64,000 bases of DNA, taken from positions 2,496,001-2,560,000 of the forward strand of contig OZ242260.1 in assembly GCA_965207065.1 (NCBI GenBank), written 5' to 3'. The position numbers and the translations under genes were made by a program. Under the pieces are notes generated by a model, which saw only the letters and a list, made by a program, of their open reading frames with translations, was not told the origin of the DNA and made no database searches. The first letter of the stretch is position 1, and every line of letters starts with the position of its first letter. The DNA comes from a bacterium. Its GTDB lineage: Bacteria; UBA8248. Positions 62,899-64,000 of this stretch are shown piece by piece.

Positions 62899-63047
62899 CG
62901 CTAGGCTCCGTGAAATTGGAATCATATATGGGCGCAGAGTACATCAGGATGCTCGATTTCGGGTAGTCGGGAGATAAAAGCCCGCTCTCTCGCCAGAGGG
63001 AGTCGAATCCTTTATCCTCTTTTTCATTCCGGGACCAGAGGATTTGT

Positions 63048-64000
63048 ATGAATAAGAATGACGGAACATCAACCCATTGGCTTTGGGCGATTTGCGCGGC
63101 ACAGGTGCCGATGATGTTCGTCTATGCGAATTATGTGGCGGCGCTTCCGCTGTTCAAGGCGGAGTGGAACCTCACGAACGTGCAGGCCGGTACGATATAT
63201 ACGGCGTTTTATGTGGGCTACATCCTCGCCGCGGCCGTGCTGGCGACTGCTACGGACTACATGAGCGCGAAAAAGATATATCTGGCCTCGAGCCTCTGGC
63301 TGGCGCTCCTGAATTTCATGTTTCCCCTTCTTGCCGATGGTTTCGTGAGCGCATCGGTGTTTCGCGGCCTCACGGGCGTCGGGCTGGCCGGTACGTATGC
63401 GCCTGCGTTGCGGCTGGTGGCGGAGTACGCCCCGCAGGGGAGGCGTGCTCGCATGGTGGGAATCTATACGTTTTTTTACACCGTGGGCGTCGCCACCTCG
63501 ATTTATGTGACGGGCGCGCTCGTCGCGAATTTCGAGTGGCGCACCGCGTTCGCGTTGACCTCTCTGGGACCCGCCGCCGGTTTCCTGGCCATGGTGTTTC
63601 TGCTTCCCGCTCTGCCCTCGCCGAGGAAGGATGGAGACGCCGGGTTTGAACTTCCCAGGCTGCCGGCTCCCGTGTGGGTGCTCATCGGTGTCGTGGGCGC
63701 GCACCGGTGGGAAGTGTTCGCATTCAGAGGCTGGATAGTCACATTCCTGGCGGCGTCCTTGGTGATGACGGGAACGGAAACGCGCGAGAGCGCCTTGGAA
63801 GTCGCGTCCTCAGCCGCCGCCATGATCATCGGGCTGAGCGCTGTTTCGAAGCTCATCGGCGGTTGGTTTGCCGATCGCATCGGCAGGCCGCCCACGATTA
63901 TCGCGAGCCTTTTTCTAAGCGGCCTCATCTCGGTTTCCATCGGACTCGCTTTCGGGACGCCATTCGCAATCCTGCAGATTCTATGCCTGATCTGGGTAAT
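63048..64000 (+). CDS. MFS transporter (3'-truncated by the window)
   Basis: Frame open from ATG 63048: MNKNDGTSTHWLWAICAAQVPMM...QAGTI...FRGLTGVG...GGWFADRIGR (MFS motif A). Confidence 0.85.
   Translation, partial: MNKNDGTSTHWLWAICAAQVPMMFVYANYVAALPLFKAEWNLTNVQAGTIYTAFYVGYILAAAVLATATDYMSAKKIYLASSLWLALLNFMFPLLADGFVSASVFRGLTGVGLAGTYAPALRLVAEYAPQGRRARMVGIYTFFYTVGVATSIYVTGALVANFEWRTAFALTSLGPAAGFLAMVFLLPALPSPRKDGDAGFELPRLPAPVWVLIGVVGAHRWEVFAFRGWIVTFLAASLVMTGTETRESALEVASSAAAMIIGLSAVSKLIGGWFADRIGRPPTIIASLFLSGLISVSIGLAFGTPFAILQILCLIWV

Overview
This window is Gram-negative bacterial chromosome, mostly housekeeping genes. In order: the end of fabF, rnc, smc, ftsY, a GC-rich pyruvate carboxylase, PBP1A, HNH, uvrBC, lnt, prfB (with its programmed +1 frameshift), lysS, lolCE/D, clpC, a large envelope cluster (bamA, skp, lpx, kdtA, lptFG, waa, msbA, O-antigen ligase), dacA, dapA, an amidohydrolase and a truncated MFS gene. 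Two accessory regions stand out. (1) A 5.7-kb, visibly AT-richer cassette (10001-15719) lies between two 200-bp direct repeats that duplicate the 3' end of the PBP1A gene. It has no integrase and carries only three overlapping genes: a DnaG-type CHC2/TOPRIM primase, a 1083-aa unknown-group reverse transcriptase (FVDD) with an apparent degenerate kinase-like C-terminal lobe, and a stand-alone nitrilase. A structured non-coding leader precedes them. This is the best candidate for an uncharacterised DRT-like anti-phage system. (2) A surface-protein island (about 18100-23800) encodes a metzincin/TbpB-barrel lipoprotein, a lipoprotein with three Ig-like repeats that have conserved frameworks and variable segments, and an inverse autotransporter. 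The LPS-core operon also holds two apparently collapsed genes (hldC/rfaE2-like and a GT4 glycosyltransferase). All calls come from reading motifs by eye; no database searches were run.
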